The position numbers and the translations under genes were made by a program. Positions 1 to 12,293 of a stretch of 64,000 nucleotides of DNA are shown here, piece by piece (the stretch's first letter is position 1; every line of letters begins with the position of its first letter). Under the pieces are notes generated by a model. That model searched no databases. It had not been told where the DNA came from and worked only from the letters and a program-made list of their open reading frames with translations. The DNA is taken from NCBI RefSeq assembly GCF_009914755.1, contig NC_060930.1; one strand, written 5' to 3'. This DNA comes from the human T2T-CHM13v2.0 reference genome, Homo sapiens.

Positions 1-1190
1 TTGGCAGAGTCTCCCACAAAGGTCCACCACAATACCACCATACATCTGCTCGGGGATGGATAAGGGAGGACTGATGGGTTAGCTCTTGGAAGTGCTTGAC
101 CTCACTGCATCCTGTCAGGTTTCCAAGGAAAGCCAGGTTTTCTCCCTGTTGTGAGAGACACGAAGCAAATTTGGTCCCAGAAGATGGAGGCTGAATGGCC
201 TTCGGGGGCTGACCCGCAGGATGCTGGACCTCAGGGAATAGCAGAGAAAGTGTTTGACATGATTTATTACCCCAGGCTGTGGGGTCTTGGAGCAGAGCTA
301 CCATGCAGTCCATATCTGGTCTATTACAAGACCATCTCAGTGGAAAGGGGACAATTTGGGCCTCTGGTTTACCATGCGCCCAAGCATAACAATTGCTCTT
401 ATTTTGACTGTGGATGGAATATTTAATCCATTCCACCCAGGCAGTTGCATCCTGAGACCGTGTTTCAATGGCTAGAGTTTGCCTCAGGTCTTTTACTTCT
501 ACTTTAGCTACTTTGGTTTTGTCACTGGGTATAGGTGGGGTGATGGTTTGAGGAAGATGTGATAGAGAGGTGGAAGGGGCAATAAAGCAAATTTCAAAAA
601 TTCCCCTAGGATCCTTTCCTGAGATGTTGGCCTCTATGCCATAAATATGACTTAATGAAGGGGAAGAGTTTTGGGATGTTGCAATAGTAATAGTAAGCTG
701 AATAGGATTACACTGGTTATATGGACAATCAGAAGAGGCAATCCCTTTTGTAAAATGGATATATGGCTTTAAGGACTGGCAAAGACTGGTGGGAGCAGTC
801 CAGCCTGGACCTTTGTTGTTCCATAGGACATTAGACCAAGTATAGCATAGGGACTCTGCTTTAAGGGGACAAGAGTCCCATTCCCACCAGTTAATACAGC
901 TACTATTTTTGGGGTTATCATGATCTTTACAAGAATTTGTTATATCTTTCCAATCTGAGGAAGTTCAAGAGGGACAAAGATATTTATCTGAGGCAGTAAG
1001 CTGTCTTTGGTCCTGTAAATTTCCACAAGGCATGACTAGAGAAGCATCAAAGGTAATAATTTTGGGCAAACTTGATCTAGTTACATTAATGATGAGATGG
1101 GGGCAGTTAAGGGAAGAAAAGAAGAAAAAGAGATAGATTAAGTTTTTCTTTTTATTGTTACTCTGGTGGGAGTTGACGGAATAATGGTCC
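1..1190 (-). pseudogene. HERV-I env remnant (signal/SU region)
   Basis: Follows integrase; hydrophobic LIYLFFFFSSL then HLIINVTRSSLPKIITFDASLVMPCG, resembling an ERV1 SU N-terminus; stops present. Confidence 0.7.
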
Positions 1191-4100
1191 ATGTCTCTGG
1201 AGAAGGTGACGCCTACTTGACTCGAGTATAATGGGCCCACCCTTTCTCAGTGGTCCGAACTACTGTTTCAGTTGTTGTGAGCACCAGATAGGGTCCTTCC
1301 CAGGTAGGCTCAAGCTTTCCCTCTTTTCAGCCTTTGATAAGGACGTGTGATCTCCGGGTTGATGTTGGTGGGCCCGGAATTCAAGGGGTGGAGTCTGTGC
1401 TACCAGACCTTGAGTCCTGAGGGAAGAAAGAGTGGAAGACAGACCAAATACATAATTTCTAAGGAACTGATCTTTTGTTTCGATCATAGGAAGGTCAGTA
1501 GTAGTGTTTAGATAAGGTAACCCATAAAGCATTTCATAAGAAGACAAGCCAAGATCCCTCCGAAGAGAAGTTTGGATTCTTAGTAAAGCAATGGGAAGAG
1601 ATTTTGTCCATGGTAGGCGAGTTTCTAAAATTAATTTGGTTAGATGACTCTTTAAAGTTTGATTCATTCTTTCTACTCTCCCTGATGAAGATGGAGGCCA
1701 GGAAGTATGATATTCCCATTTTATCCCTAATACTTGGATTAGTCCTTTAATAATGTACATGGTAAATTGGGTCCCATTATCTGAATCAATGTTCTCTATT
1801 ATTCCAAACCTGGATATGATATGTTCTAACAGACCTTTGACCACATTACTGGCTGTTGCACTTGGAAAGGGGATGGCTTCTACCCAGTGGGTAAGATGAT
1901 CTACTATTACCGATAAATACTTAAGGCGGCCTATTGGGGGCATTTCAGTAGAGTCAGCTTGGACACTTTGAAATGGCCTTAACCCAGGATTTCTCCCTCC
2001 GGGAGGTTGTCTTTTGAGGGTCTGCTTATTAGATTTTCTGCACACTATATAACTTTCCACCATTTGCTTGGCGAGGGTGTATATTCCTATGCACCCATAA
2101 ACCCTAAGGACTGCATCACACATGGTTTGAGGACCCCAGTGACATCCTTGATGAAGCTGTGACAATATTTCCCTCATAAGGTTTGGATAACATTTCCCTT
2201 CCATCTGGTAATACCCACTTTCCTTTTGAGTTTTCTTCAGCTCCTTTTTTTTTTAGTTTTTCCTGATCTGTTTGAGAGAAGATAGGGAGTGCAGCTGAAG
2301 ATGGAAGACAAGGGGTTAGTCGAAAAATGGGTTCTGCTGGAGAATAGGCAGCTTGCTTAGCTATTTGGTCAGTGAGATTATTTCCCTGGCCTTCAAATAA
2401 AGGATTCCTTTGATGTCGTGGGACATGTACAACAGCTATTTCTTTTGGCAATTGTATATTTTCTAGTACTTGTATTATTAGGTCCCTATGGTCTAAAATT
2501 TGACCTTTGCTGTTAATGAGGCCCCGCTCAGTCCAAATTTTTTCAAAAGTATGGACTACTCCAAAGGCATACCTGGAGTCTGTATAGATTGTTGCTTCTT
2601 GATTTGCAGAAATTTTAAGGCCTGATTTAATGTGAACAACTCACATGTTTGTGCAGACCAGTCATTTGGTAACCTTTCAGACTCTATTTCTGTGAGGGTA
2701 TCTCCATCTATCGTTAAATACCCGTTATGCCTTTTTCCTTTGATTACTCGGGAGGAACCATCTACAGACAGGTGTTTCCCAGTATGAAAGGGTGTTTCAT
2801 TTAGATCAGGTCTAACTTCTGTTTGATAACTAATTAAATCTAAACATCTGTGCTCTGGGCAAAGATCAGGGGTCTGTGGGTTGGGGTTTCCCGTTAAGAA
2901 AGCAGCTGGATTAATTGAGTCATCAGTGGTTAAGATTAGATCATCTCTTTCTAACAAGATGGCTTCATACTTTAAAATTCTTGAATCAATAAGCCACCTT
3001 CCCGCCTTCTAATTGAGAATTGTTCTCACTTGTTGAGGAGTACTAATGATAAGATTTCCCCAAAGGTTAATTTTCTGCTCTCCTCTATGAGCAAGGCTGT
3101 TGCTGCCACTGATTGGACACACTCGGGCCATCCATGGGCTACTGGGTCAAGAATTTTTGACAAGAAGCCTATGGGTTGCCAATGGCCTCCGTGTGTTTGA
3201 GTAAGTACCCCTAAGGCTACTTCATTACCTACATTAACAAAAAGATGAAAGGGCAATTCTAAAGAGGGTAAGGCTAGAACATGGGCTGTCACTAGTAACT
3301 CTTTTAATTTTTTTATCTGCTGTATTTCTTGTAAAACCATATAAGGGGGTCCAATTCATCCTGTGTAAGTTTTTTTTATGTAGAGGTTTGGTTACTAAAG
3401 CATAAGAGTCTATCCATAAGCAACAATACCCTACTAACCCTAAAAACTTTCTAAGTTCCTTCTTTGTCTCAGGATATCATATGAAGGATATGATGCCTTC
3501 AATCCATTCAAATCCAATTATCCATTTGCCCTTACTGATTAAGTCCCCTAAATACTTGACTTCAGGTTCTACAAACCGAAGTTTGCTTTTTTGACACTCG
3601 TAACCCCTCCAGTTGCAAATTATTTTTAAAAAACCTATTGAAAATCCTTCCACTTTTTGTCTATCCTCCCCTGAAATAAGGATATTATCCATGTATTGGA
3701 GCAGGCATATATATGGTGGTTTGTAAAACTTTTCTATGATCTGTTCTAGTATTTGACCAAACAAATTTGGAGATTCTGTAAATCCCTGGGGCAAAACTGT
3801 CCATCGATACTGTTATTTTCAACCAGAGTGAGGGTCCTCCCATTCAAAGGCTATCTTTGCTAGTGGGCAAGCCCAGAAGGCATCCTTTAGATCTATTACT
3901 GTGAACCACTCATGGTTGTAAGGAATTTTACTAATAATAGCATAAGGATTAGGATCGACAGAGTGAGTTGTTTGAACTATTTGATTAATAGATCGAAGAT
4001 CTTGCACTAGCCGATATGACCCCTCTGGCTTTTTCACAGGCAGTATGGGAGTGTTATAAGGAGACGTACAGGGTTCAATGAGTCCACCATGGAGAAGGCT

Positions 4101-4200
4101 TTCCATTATGGGCTTTAAATTGATCTTAGCTTCTAAGGGAATTGGATATTGTTTTCTTTTTACCTCTTGCCCCAGGTTTTTCAATTTAACTTGGATTGGG
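1140..4200 (-). pseudogene. HERV-I pol remnant (RT, RNase H, integrase)
   Basis: RT motifs SPYNTPILPVKK, YRLVQDLR, FTVIDLKDAF, PQGFTESP and YMDN (degenerate YxDD); RNase H VDGSS; integrase LHQGCHWG, IDSDNGTQF, SGRVERMN; split over several frames. Confidence 0.93.
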
Positions 4201-4620
4201 GAAATTTGTAACTTTCCTCAGTTTCCTTCCTTTGACCATACATCTGGATGGATGTATCCCTCATTTAGAGTAGCAAGCAAATTTAAGGAGGGGAGGAGAT
4301 TTCCTTGATTAACACAAAGGCCTAGGTTTAATTTTAGCATTAAATCTCTTCCTAATAGGTTTGTTCCTGCCTCCAGGATTAACAGAAGTTTAATATTTAC
4401 TGAGTGTTTCTGATATTTAATTTTTGTTTCTTCTAAGACTTTTGCTTTAAACCCCTCCCCTTTTGCTCCCAAAATAAAAAGTTCTTCTTGTGACCAAGTT
4501 ACACCAGGGGAAGATAACAAACTGAGGAATCAGCAGCTCCTGAGTCAATTAAAAAGGTCTGGGTCCCACCTCTAAATTTATCAAGGGCTCTTGGTGGGAC
4601 TCGAGGTAAAAAGAGTAGAG
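4200..4620 (-). pseudogene. HERV-I aspartic protease remnant
   Basis: FLIDSGAA active-site motif (about 4530-4556) and NLLGRDLM motif. Confidence 0.85.
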
Positions 4621-4629
4621 CCCCTGGCC

Positions 4630-6263
4630 CCCCATTCCTCCTCAAAGATCATAAGTGGGGTGATTTCTTTTTCTTTTTTCCATTCAGGGCATTCTCTTTT
4701 AAAGTGACCTTCCTTCCCACACTTGAAGCATTTATTCTGCCCTATTCCTCTTTTTATTCCCTTGTTCCCTGGTTTGATTCCTTTACCTCCATTATAGAGT
4801 CTGACAGTCGGGTACCTAAAAGATTTACCGGCGATATTTCTTTGAGCTGTCTATTGGGGAGTTCCCTGCTTTAAGAACAGCACAATCTTTGCCTTGTGCT
4901 TTTGCTTTTCTTCATCCCTTCGTACATACACCTTTTGGGCCTCCCTTAAGAGTTCCTTTATGGGACAGTCCTTTCAATTTTCTATCTTTTGTAATTTCTT
5001 GGTAACATCTGGCCAGCTATTTGTGACAAAGTGAAGCGTTTAACATTCCTTGTCCAAGTGGGTCTCCTCCATCTAAACCAGCATATTTCCTCATTTGTTC
5101 CTTAAGCCTATTAAAATATTCCATAGGCCCCTCTTCTTTTCCTTGCTGTATATTAAAAGCTTTGGTCATATTCTGGGTGCGGGGTACTGATTCTCTAATT
5201 CCTTTTATTATCATTTCTTGCAGGTCTCTCATATTCCTCCTATGAGCTATGTTGTTATTATCCCACTGGGGATCTTAAGCAGGAAATTTCTGTTTGGCTG
5301 CAGGGACGTTTTGACCGGGAGGATGCTCACACTCCCAGATGGTCATAGCGGCCCTGTGCGTCATGCTCCTTTCTTCCCCTGAAAAAAGGATGCCTATGAT
5401 GGACATAAACTTAGCCCCAGTATACAACTGGGGTCCTAAAAATTGATCAATTTGATCTGCCACTCCATAGGGATCGTCTAAGAGTGGCTTGAGTTCCCTC
5501 TTCAAGCTCTGGACTTCCGAACTGGTCAGGGGAGCATTTAAAAAGCCAATGCCCGCTCCTCCTAGAGGCACTTCCCTCAGTGGGAAGAGGTTTGTAGCCA
5601 AACCCCTAGAGGAAGGGGGAAAAGGGAAGTTTTGGATATCATTTTTACATTGTTCTAACTCACGTTGAAGTCTTCCTGAGGGAGGGCATTCAAGCTGGGG
5701 ATGACCCCAAGAATCAGGGTTAAAAGGAGGGAAAAAAAGTCTGAGTAGGGGAAAGGTCTGGGACTGTTATTTCTACTGAAGGGGGAGGTGGGGGATGTTG
5801 GTCTACTGGGTGGGGGGAAGAAGTTTTGGTGGGGGAAGATGGTCTAAGGCATCCCACGTGTTGGTGGGGTTCTTGGAGTAAGGGGTATTAATTTCATGAG
5901 AAGTAGTTTCTGGCTTGTCTCCTTTGGTTTTTAGATGACAAAGGAGGATGGGCCCTTGCTGCCAACACAGAGCATAATGTATTTCCTCCTGGGAAACAGG
6001 ACTCTTATCATTTACACATTCTATTAAAAGTTGGCAAGTCCAAGCCTCATTTGACCCGAATTTTGGCCAGAAAACTGAAGGCTTTAGAATAGGTTCCTTG
6101 GTCCAAATGAAACAATAATACTTTATCATCTGTTGCTTTTTCTTATGTTTAGTCCTCTCGTATTCTTCCAATATTTTAACATGAGTCCTAAAGGACTATC
6201 AGAGGTGATTTCACTGTTTGCCTTTTCCTTTTTACCTTCTGTCTTACTCAGGGTATTTCCCAT
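4630..6263 (-). pseudogene. HERV-I gag remnant
   Basis: ATG at 6263 (MGNTLSK, myristoylation-type start); MHR-like IQQGKEEGPMEYFNRLKE; CCHC knuckle CFKCGKEGHFKREC at about 4690-4731. Confidence 0.88.
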
Positions 6264-6800
6264 GTTGAATACTGGTTAGGCTCAGTCCCTCAAACTAGAG
6301 ATTTCTTGCCTATCCTTCCCTGGAGGTTTAACCCCCACCCTGGAGGTTCCTTGCAATCTTCTCCTTTTGCTTCATCCACTCTGGCTGCTTTCCCAGAGGA
6401 AATTAGGCTCCCCTTAGCATCAGCAGGACTGTATGAACCCCAATGTCAGGATCCCTACAAGAGGGCCATCATAAGCCACATGAGGTGACCACGGAACCAC
6501 AGATTGAACTCACTCACTCTGCACAGCAGTAGTGCTTGTTACCTTTCACACCCTTTAACCTCCAGAATATCCCGACCACCAAGGAAATACTGTTGCCCGT
6601 GTGACTTTTTTTACCTTGGTCTCTGCACAGAGTTAGCTGGTCATCGCGGTACTTGTGGGCCTTCTCCTTCCACATTGCTGAGAGCCTGAATTTATTCATC
6701 ACAATGGGTAGTCTCAATCTCCCGTCCCTGGGGCCACTGCAGTGGGGTACACCTCCCCTAGATGGGGTGACCAAAGACCCCTTCCCATAGGAGAATGGGA

Positions 6801-6818
6801 ATCCTGGAAGAGCCCCCA
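6801..6818 (-). promoter_or_regulatory. Retroviral primer binding site, tRNA-Pro type
   Basis: Minus strand TGGGGGCTCTTCCAGGAT, 16/18 match to the Pro PBS TGGGGGCTCGTCCGGGAT, a few nt 3' of the LTR end. Confidence 0.85.
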
Positions 6819-6823
6819 TAAAA

Positions 6824-7461
6824 TAGTTAGAAATAAAGCTTGGAGTCACAAAGGAAATGAACACTTGATCAAAGGATTTCTCAGCAAGGCAATTTTTACT
6901 TCTGCAGAAGGGTGCTACCTGTAAGCCTGATTGCCACGAGAGCAACCAGAACAAAGGAAAGCAGGGGTTTTTATTCCTAACGCAATTTGTTTCTACTATT
7001 GTGTCCTGTCTCCATTGGCTGGAACTGGACCACACAATCTAAACTGATCCCAGTTGGCTAAAAACTTAAACTTTCCCAAATAAGGTAAAGGCACAATGGG
7101 GAACCAAGGAAAGGAGGGGGTCGCTTATGGGAAACCAGGAAGACAATAATATTTCCAAATAAGGAAAGAGCATAGGCTGCAAGCTGTGACATGCCTGGGC
7201 GTGTCCAGGCAGATCCAGGCAGACTAGGGAACAAAGGAGTTAGGCCTTGGTTCAAGTACAAGAACATAGAATGTGTTTATTTGTTTACTGTATGTAACAA
7301 CTCCTTTGGGGCACAATAAAGAGTCATTAGTAAAATAGAAGATTTGTTAGTATGAAGAGCGAGGGAAACTTAAAGGAAGCTTTTAAGAGGAACTATCTTC
7401 TTAAGACTTATCATTCTAAACCAAAAAGGAAAACTTTGAAGAGGAACTTTTATTCTTAATA
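6824..7461 (-). mobile_element. 5' LTR of provirus, LTR10B-like
   Basis: Starts TATTAAGAATAAAAGTTCCTCTTCAAAG, ends CTTTATTTCTAACTA just before the PBS; resembles LTR10B as recalled. Confidence 0.75.
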
Positions 7462-8610
7462 AATTTTCTCTCTTTTTTTCTGGGTTTGTTTAGCTAGTGG
7501 TTTATCAATTTTGTTTATGTTTTTGAAGAACAAACTTTTCACTTTGTTGATCATTTACATGGTTTTTAAAAGTCTTTATTTATTTCTACTATGATCTTTA
7601 TTATTTCTTTTCTGCTAATTTTGGATATGTTTTTTTCTTGCTTTTCTGGTTCCATGAGGTTCATTGTTATATTGTTAATTTGTAATGTTTCTACTTTTCT
7701 TAGGTGGGTATTTATTGCTATAAACCTCCCTTTTAGCCCTGTTTAGCTGTATCCCACAGGTTTTGGTATGTTGTGTTTCCATTTTCATTTATTTCAAGAA
7801 ACTTTTTGATTTACATCTTAATTTCTCTGTTGACTCAATGGTTATTCAGGAGCAGGTTGCTTAATTTCCATGTATTGGTCTAGTTGCCAACATTTCTCTT
7901 GGTGTATATTTCTAGTTTTATTCCATTGTGGCCAGAGAAGATATTTAATATGATTTCAATTTTTGAAAATTTGTTGAGACTTGTTTTGTGGCTTAACATA
8001 GGCTCTCTCCCGGAAAATGTTCCATGTGTTCATGAAAAGAGTGTGTATTCTGTAGTGTTAGAGAGAATGCTCTGTAAATATCTGTTAGCTTTATTTGGTG
8101 TAAAATTCAGTTTAAATCTAATGTTTCTTTCTTGATTTTCTGTGTAGATGATCTGTCTTATGCTGAGGTTGGGATGTTGAAGTCCCCCACTATTATTGTA
8201 TTGGAGTCTATCTCTCTTGTTAGATGTAGTAATATTTGTTTTATGAATCTAGTGCTCCAATGTTTAGTGCATATATATTTAGAATTGTTCTATTCTCTTC
8301 TTGGATGGATCTCTTTATGATTATGTGATGGCCTTCCTTATCTTTTAAAAAAATTGTTCTTGACTTACTGTTTATTTTATCTGCTATAAGTATAGCTACT
8401 CCTGCTCACTTTTGGTTTCGATACATAACCTGTTGCCATTCTTTTACCTTCTGTCTCTATGGATTGTGGTGAGGTGGTATTACCAGTGAGTTTTTTTGTA
8501 AGCAGAATGTAGTTAGATCATGTTTTCTACCCATTCAGCCATTCTACATCTTATAAGTGGAGAATTTAATCTGTTTACATTCCAGATTTTTATTAATATG
8601 TGAGGCTTTG

Positions 8611-9122
8611 TGCTGAGACCAACTCAGCTGGGGAGACCCTAACCCAGCAGCGCTAGAGAAATTAAAGACACACACACAGAAATATACAGGTGTGAAGTGG
8701 GAAATCAGGGGTCTCCCAGCCTTCAGAGCTGACAGCCTCGAATAGAGATTTACCCCTGTATTTATTAACTCAAGCCAGTGATAAGCATTGTTTCTATAGA
8801 TTATAGATTAACTAAAAGTATTCCTTATGGGAAACAAAGGGATGGGCCAAAATAAAAGGATAGGTTTGGCTAGTTATCTGCAGCAGGAGCATGTCTTTAA
8901 GGCACAGATCGCTCATGCTATTGTTTGTGGTTGAAGAACAACTTGAAGCAGTTTTCTGCCCTGAGTGGGCCAGGTGTTCCTTGCCCTCATTCTGGTAAAC
9001 CCACAACCTTCCAGTGTGGGCGTCATGGCCATCATTAACATGTCACAGTGCTGCAGAGATTTTGTTTATGGCCAGTTTTGGGGCCAGTTTATGGCCAGAT
9101 TTTTGGGGTCCTGTTCCCAACA
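8611..9122 (-). mobile_element. MER9 solo LTR (HERV-K9/HML-3)
   Basis: Minus strand starts TGTTGGGAACAGG..AAATCTGGCCATAAACTGGCCCC and ends in CA; 6-bp TSD GCTTTG at 8605-8610 and 9123-9128. Confidence 0.9.
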
Positions 9123-9570
9123 GCTTTGTTCCTTTCACACTGTTGTTTTCTGGTTGTTTTATATGTCTTTTGTTATTGTCTTTTTCTCTTATTGCTTGTC
9201 ATTATGCTTTGGTGGATTTCTGTAGTAGGACCATCTGAGAACTTTCTCTTCCTGTTTTGTGTGATTGCTTTACCAGTGAGTTTTATACTTGTGTATGTTC
9301 TCATGGTGATAATGTGGAAATGTTGAAAATGTTGTCCTTTCAATTCCAGGTTTAGGACTTTCTTGAGCATTTCCTGTAGGCCCTGTCTAGTGATAACGAA
9401 GCCTTTCAGCATTTGCTTGTCTTGGAAAGACAATTTCTTTTTCAATTATGAAGAATAATTTATGTTTTGTTTATTACTCTTGGCTTGGCAGTTCTTTTCT
9501 TTCAGGACTTTGATTATGCTATCCTATTCTCTTCTGGCCTGTAAGATTTCTGCAAGAAATCTGCTGTTAG

Positions 9571-9880
9571 AGCTGGGCACAGTGGCTCACACCTGTAATC
9601 CCAGCACTTTGGGAGGCTGAGGTGGGCGGATCATGAGGTCAAGAGATAAAGACCATCCTGGCCAACATGGTGAAATCCCATCTCTACTAAATATACAAAA
9701 AAAAAAAAAAAATTAGCTGGGTGTGGTGGCTTGTACCTGTCATCCCAGCTACTTGGGAGGCTGAGGCAGGAGATCACCTGAACCCAGGAGGCGGAGGTTG
9801 CAGTGAACCGAGATCATGCCACTGCACTCCAGCCTGGCAACATAGCGAGACTCTGTTTCAAAAAAAAGAAAAAAGAAAAA
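9571..9880 (+). mobile_element. AluS element
   Basis: Alu dimer with A tail; TSD AGAAATCTG(C/T)TGTTAG on both sides. Confidence 0.95.
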
Positions 9881-11449
9881 GAAATCTGTTGTTAGTCTGA
9901 TGGGGTTTCCTTTCTTGGTGACTAAATGCTTTTCTCTTACTATTTTTAGGATTTACGTTTTACCTTAAACTATAGAAAGTCTGATTATATGCCATGGAGA
10001 AGAACTTTTTGCACTGTATTTTTCTCAGAATTGTTGAACATTTTGTATCTGAATGTCTAAATCACTTGCTAGAGTTGGGAATTATTCATCTATTCTTTCA
10101 TTAAATAGGTTTTCTAATCTGTTCTTTGTCTCTTTGCTCTTGAGGATACCGATAATTTGAATATTTGGTTGTTTATATTGTACCAAATGTCACAAAGGCT
10201 TTGCTCATTCTTTTTGTGTGTGTGTTTTTGTCTTATTGAATTATTTCACGATGTATATCTTCAAGTTTTGGAATTCTTCCTTCTGCCCGACCTAGTATAT
10301 TGTTGAAGCTTTCAAATGTATTTGGAATTTCATGTCATGAATTCTTTAATTCCAGAATTTCTATTTGTTTTTTTTAAATCTATATCTTTTGTAAACTTCT
10401 TATTCATATCCTGAATTATTTTTAGGCTTTCTTGGTATTTTTTTTTCAGAATTCTTTTGTATCTCATTGAACTTCTGTAAAATAAATATTTTGAATCCTT
10501 TATCTGGAATCTTGAAAATTTCTTTTTGATTAAGATCTATTGTCTTCCTTTGGGGCTTTTTTTTCTTTTTTTGCTTTTTCATGTTTCTGTGTCCTAACGT
10601 TAATATTTTTACATCTGATATCACGGTCAGTTTCCTATTTTTGAATTTTGTTTCATAGTGGATAACTTTTTCCTGAAGATGAGTCTATGATGTTGGTTGT
10701 GTGGGGTACTTTGGATTTGATTCTGGGTGTAGTACATAGTAGAGTACTATGGTCTCTGTGTAATTTCTTTGGCTGTAGGCAGTGTTAATGGTATCTGTGA
10801 TTTCTTCTGTGCATTAGGGTGTGGTTATTAGTGAGGCTGTGGTGAAGATGTGCTGGGGACTGGGATGCCATATGAGACAGTCTTCAGGCTCCAACAGTGG
10901 CAGTGGTGTGCTGAGTGTTCCTATCTTTGTGCCCCAAGGTGGTGTATACTGGCATTCGTGTTGGTGGTTACTGGTGGGCTGATTCCTGGGCCTCCAGGTG
11001 GCCTGCTTGGATGCCAGTAGTGGCAGAGGTTGACTGGGTGGGTGGGTGGGGTCTTCGGCTCCTGGGCAGCTAGCTTGGCAGTGGCAGTGGTGGGCTGCTT
11101 CTCTGGGTCCAAGCAGTGTGCATTGTTAGCGGCAGCTGTGATAGGCTGGGTGGGTTGCCCATAGGTGGTGTTTGCAGGTAGGTGACAGATAGGGTGATTG
11201 CCCCCAACCTCAGGTACCCAGAAGGAGTGCACAGGTGCCCAAGGTGGTGGATTGGGGAGAGGAATTCCCAGGCCCCAGGGCTGTGTTCTCTGTCTCGGTG
11301 GGAGGGGGCGATGAAGCTGTCTCTTCATCATTAAATGCTGTACCAACTAGTCCCTTAATTTTCTTTTTGCCTAGAGGACTGAAACATTTATTATAGTTTA
11401 GGTCTGCTGGTTATTTTTTCACTCCCTATATGTCTAAAATCCAATTGTT

Positions 11450-11757
11450 TGTTTATTTATTTATTTATTTATTTTTAAGACAGAGTCTCACTCTATTGCC
11501 CAGGCTGGAGTGCAATGATGTGATATTGGCTCACTGCAACCTCAGCCTCCCGTGTTCAAGTGATTCTCCTGCTTCAGCCCCTTGAGTAGCTGGGAATTAC
11601 AGGCGCATGCCACCATGCTTAGCTAATTTTTGTATTTTTAGTAGAGACGAGGTTTCACCATGTTGGTCAGGCTGGTCTTGAACTCCTGACTTCATGATCT
11701 GTCCACCTCGGCCTCCCAAAGTGTTGGGATGACAGGCATGAGCCACCGTGCCTGGCC
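11450..11757 (-). mobile_element. AluS element with (TTTA)n tail
   Basis: Antisense Alu consensus. Confidence 0.93.
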
Positions 11758-12293
11758 TAAAATCCCTTTATTTTTTGATAGATATATTCAAGGTATGTTA
11801 GCTTAATTTAATCATTACACATGGTATACATATATCAATACATCAAACAATATCTTACGAATGTATTATAATTTGTCAATTAAACTTATACGTATATATT
11901 TGAAAAAGGTTTATTTTCTGGGACTAGAATCTAGTTTCACAGCATTTTCCTTTTAGGACTCTAAAGATGTTGCTCATCTGTCTCCTCATTTGCATTGTTT
12001 CCAATGAAATAACTGCTGTCATCTTTATTATTATTCTTATTTTTTCACTTTCTGCTTTTTCAATTTTCTCTTCTTCTGTGGTTTTCAACAAATACATGTA
12101 TTTGTTGAAAATTATAGAATTTTCCCAGAATTATAGAGTGAACTTGAGAAACAAGTTCACTCTATAGGCTTTTTGACTATTGGTTGTAAATTTTTAGAAA
12201 CACTTGTTTGCTCCTTGTTTTATTAGGTCACAGGCTAATTTCCTCAGAGTATTCTTATATTGAAGAATATCATAATTAATTTTATTGGTCATC

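Larger units (their letters stand above)
1..7461 (-). mobile_element. Decayed HERV-I/HERVIP10 (class I, gamma-like) provirus: 5' LTR, gag, pro, pol and start of env; truncated by left window edge
   Basis: Minus-strand ORF fragments in gag-pro-RT-RNaseH-IN-env order with many stops and frameshifts; LTR10-like 5' LTR followed by a tRNA-Pro PBS. Confidence 0.93.
7462..11330 (-). mobile_element. Old LINE-1 (5'UTR, ORF1, start of ORF2), host of the HERV, MER9 and Alu insertions
   Basis: T-rich antisense L1 sequence; ORF 9173-9445 KLSFQDKQMLKGFVITRQGLQEMLK resembles the L1 ORF1p C-terminus. Confidence 0.85.

Noticed and set aside
6514-7035. 173-aa minus-strand ORF
   Set aside because: Spans LTR U5, PBS and leader; non-coding retroviral sequence
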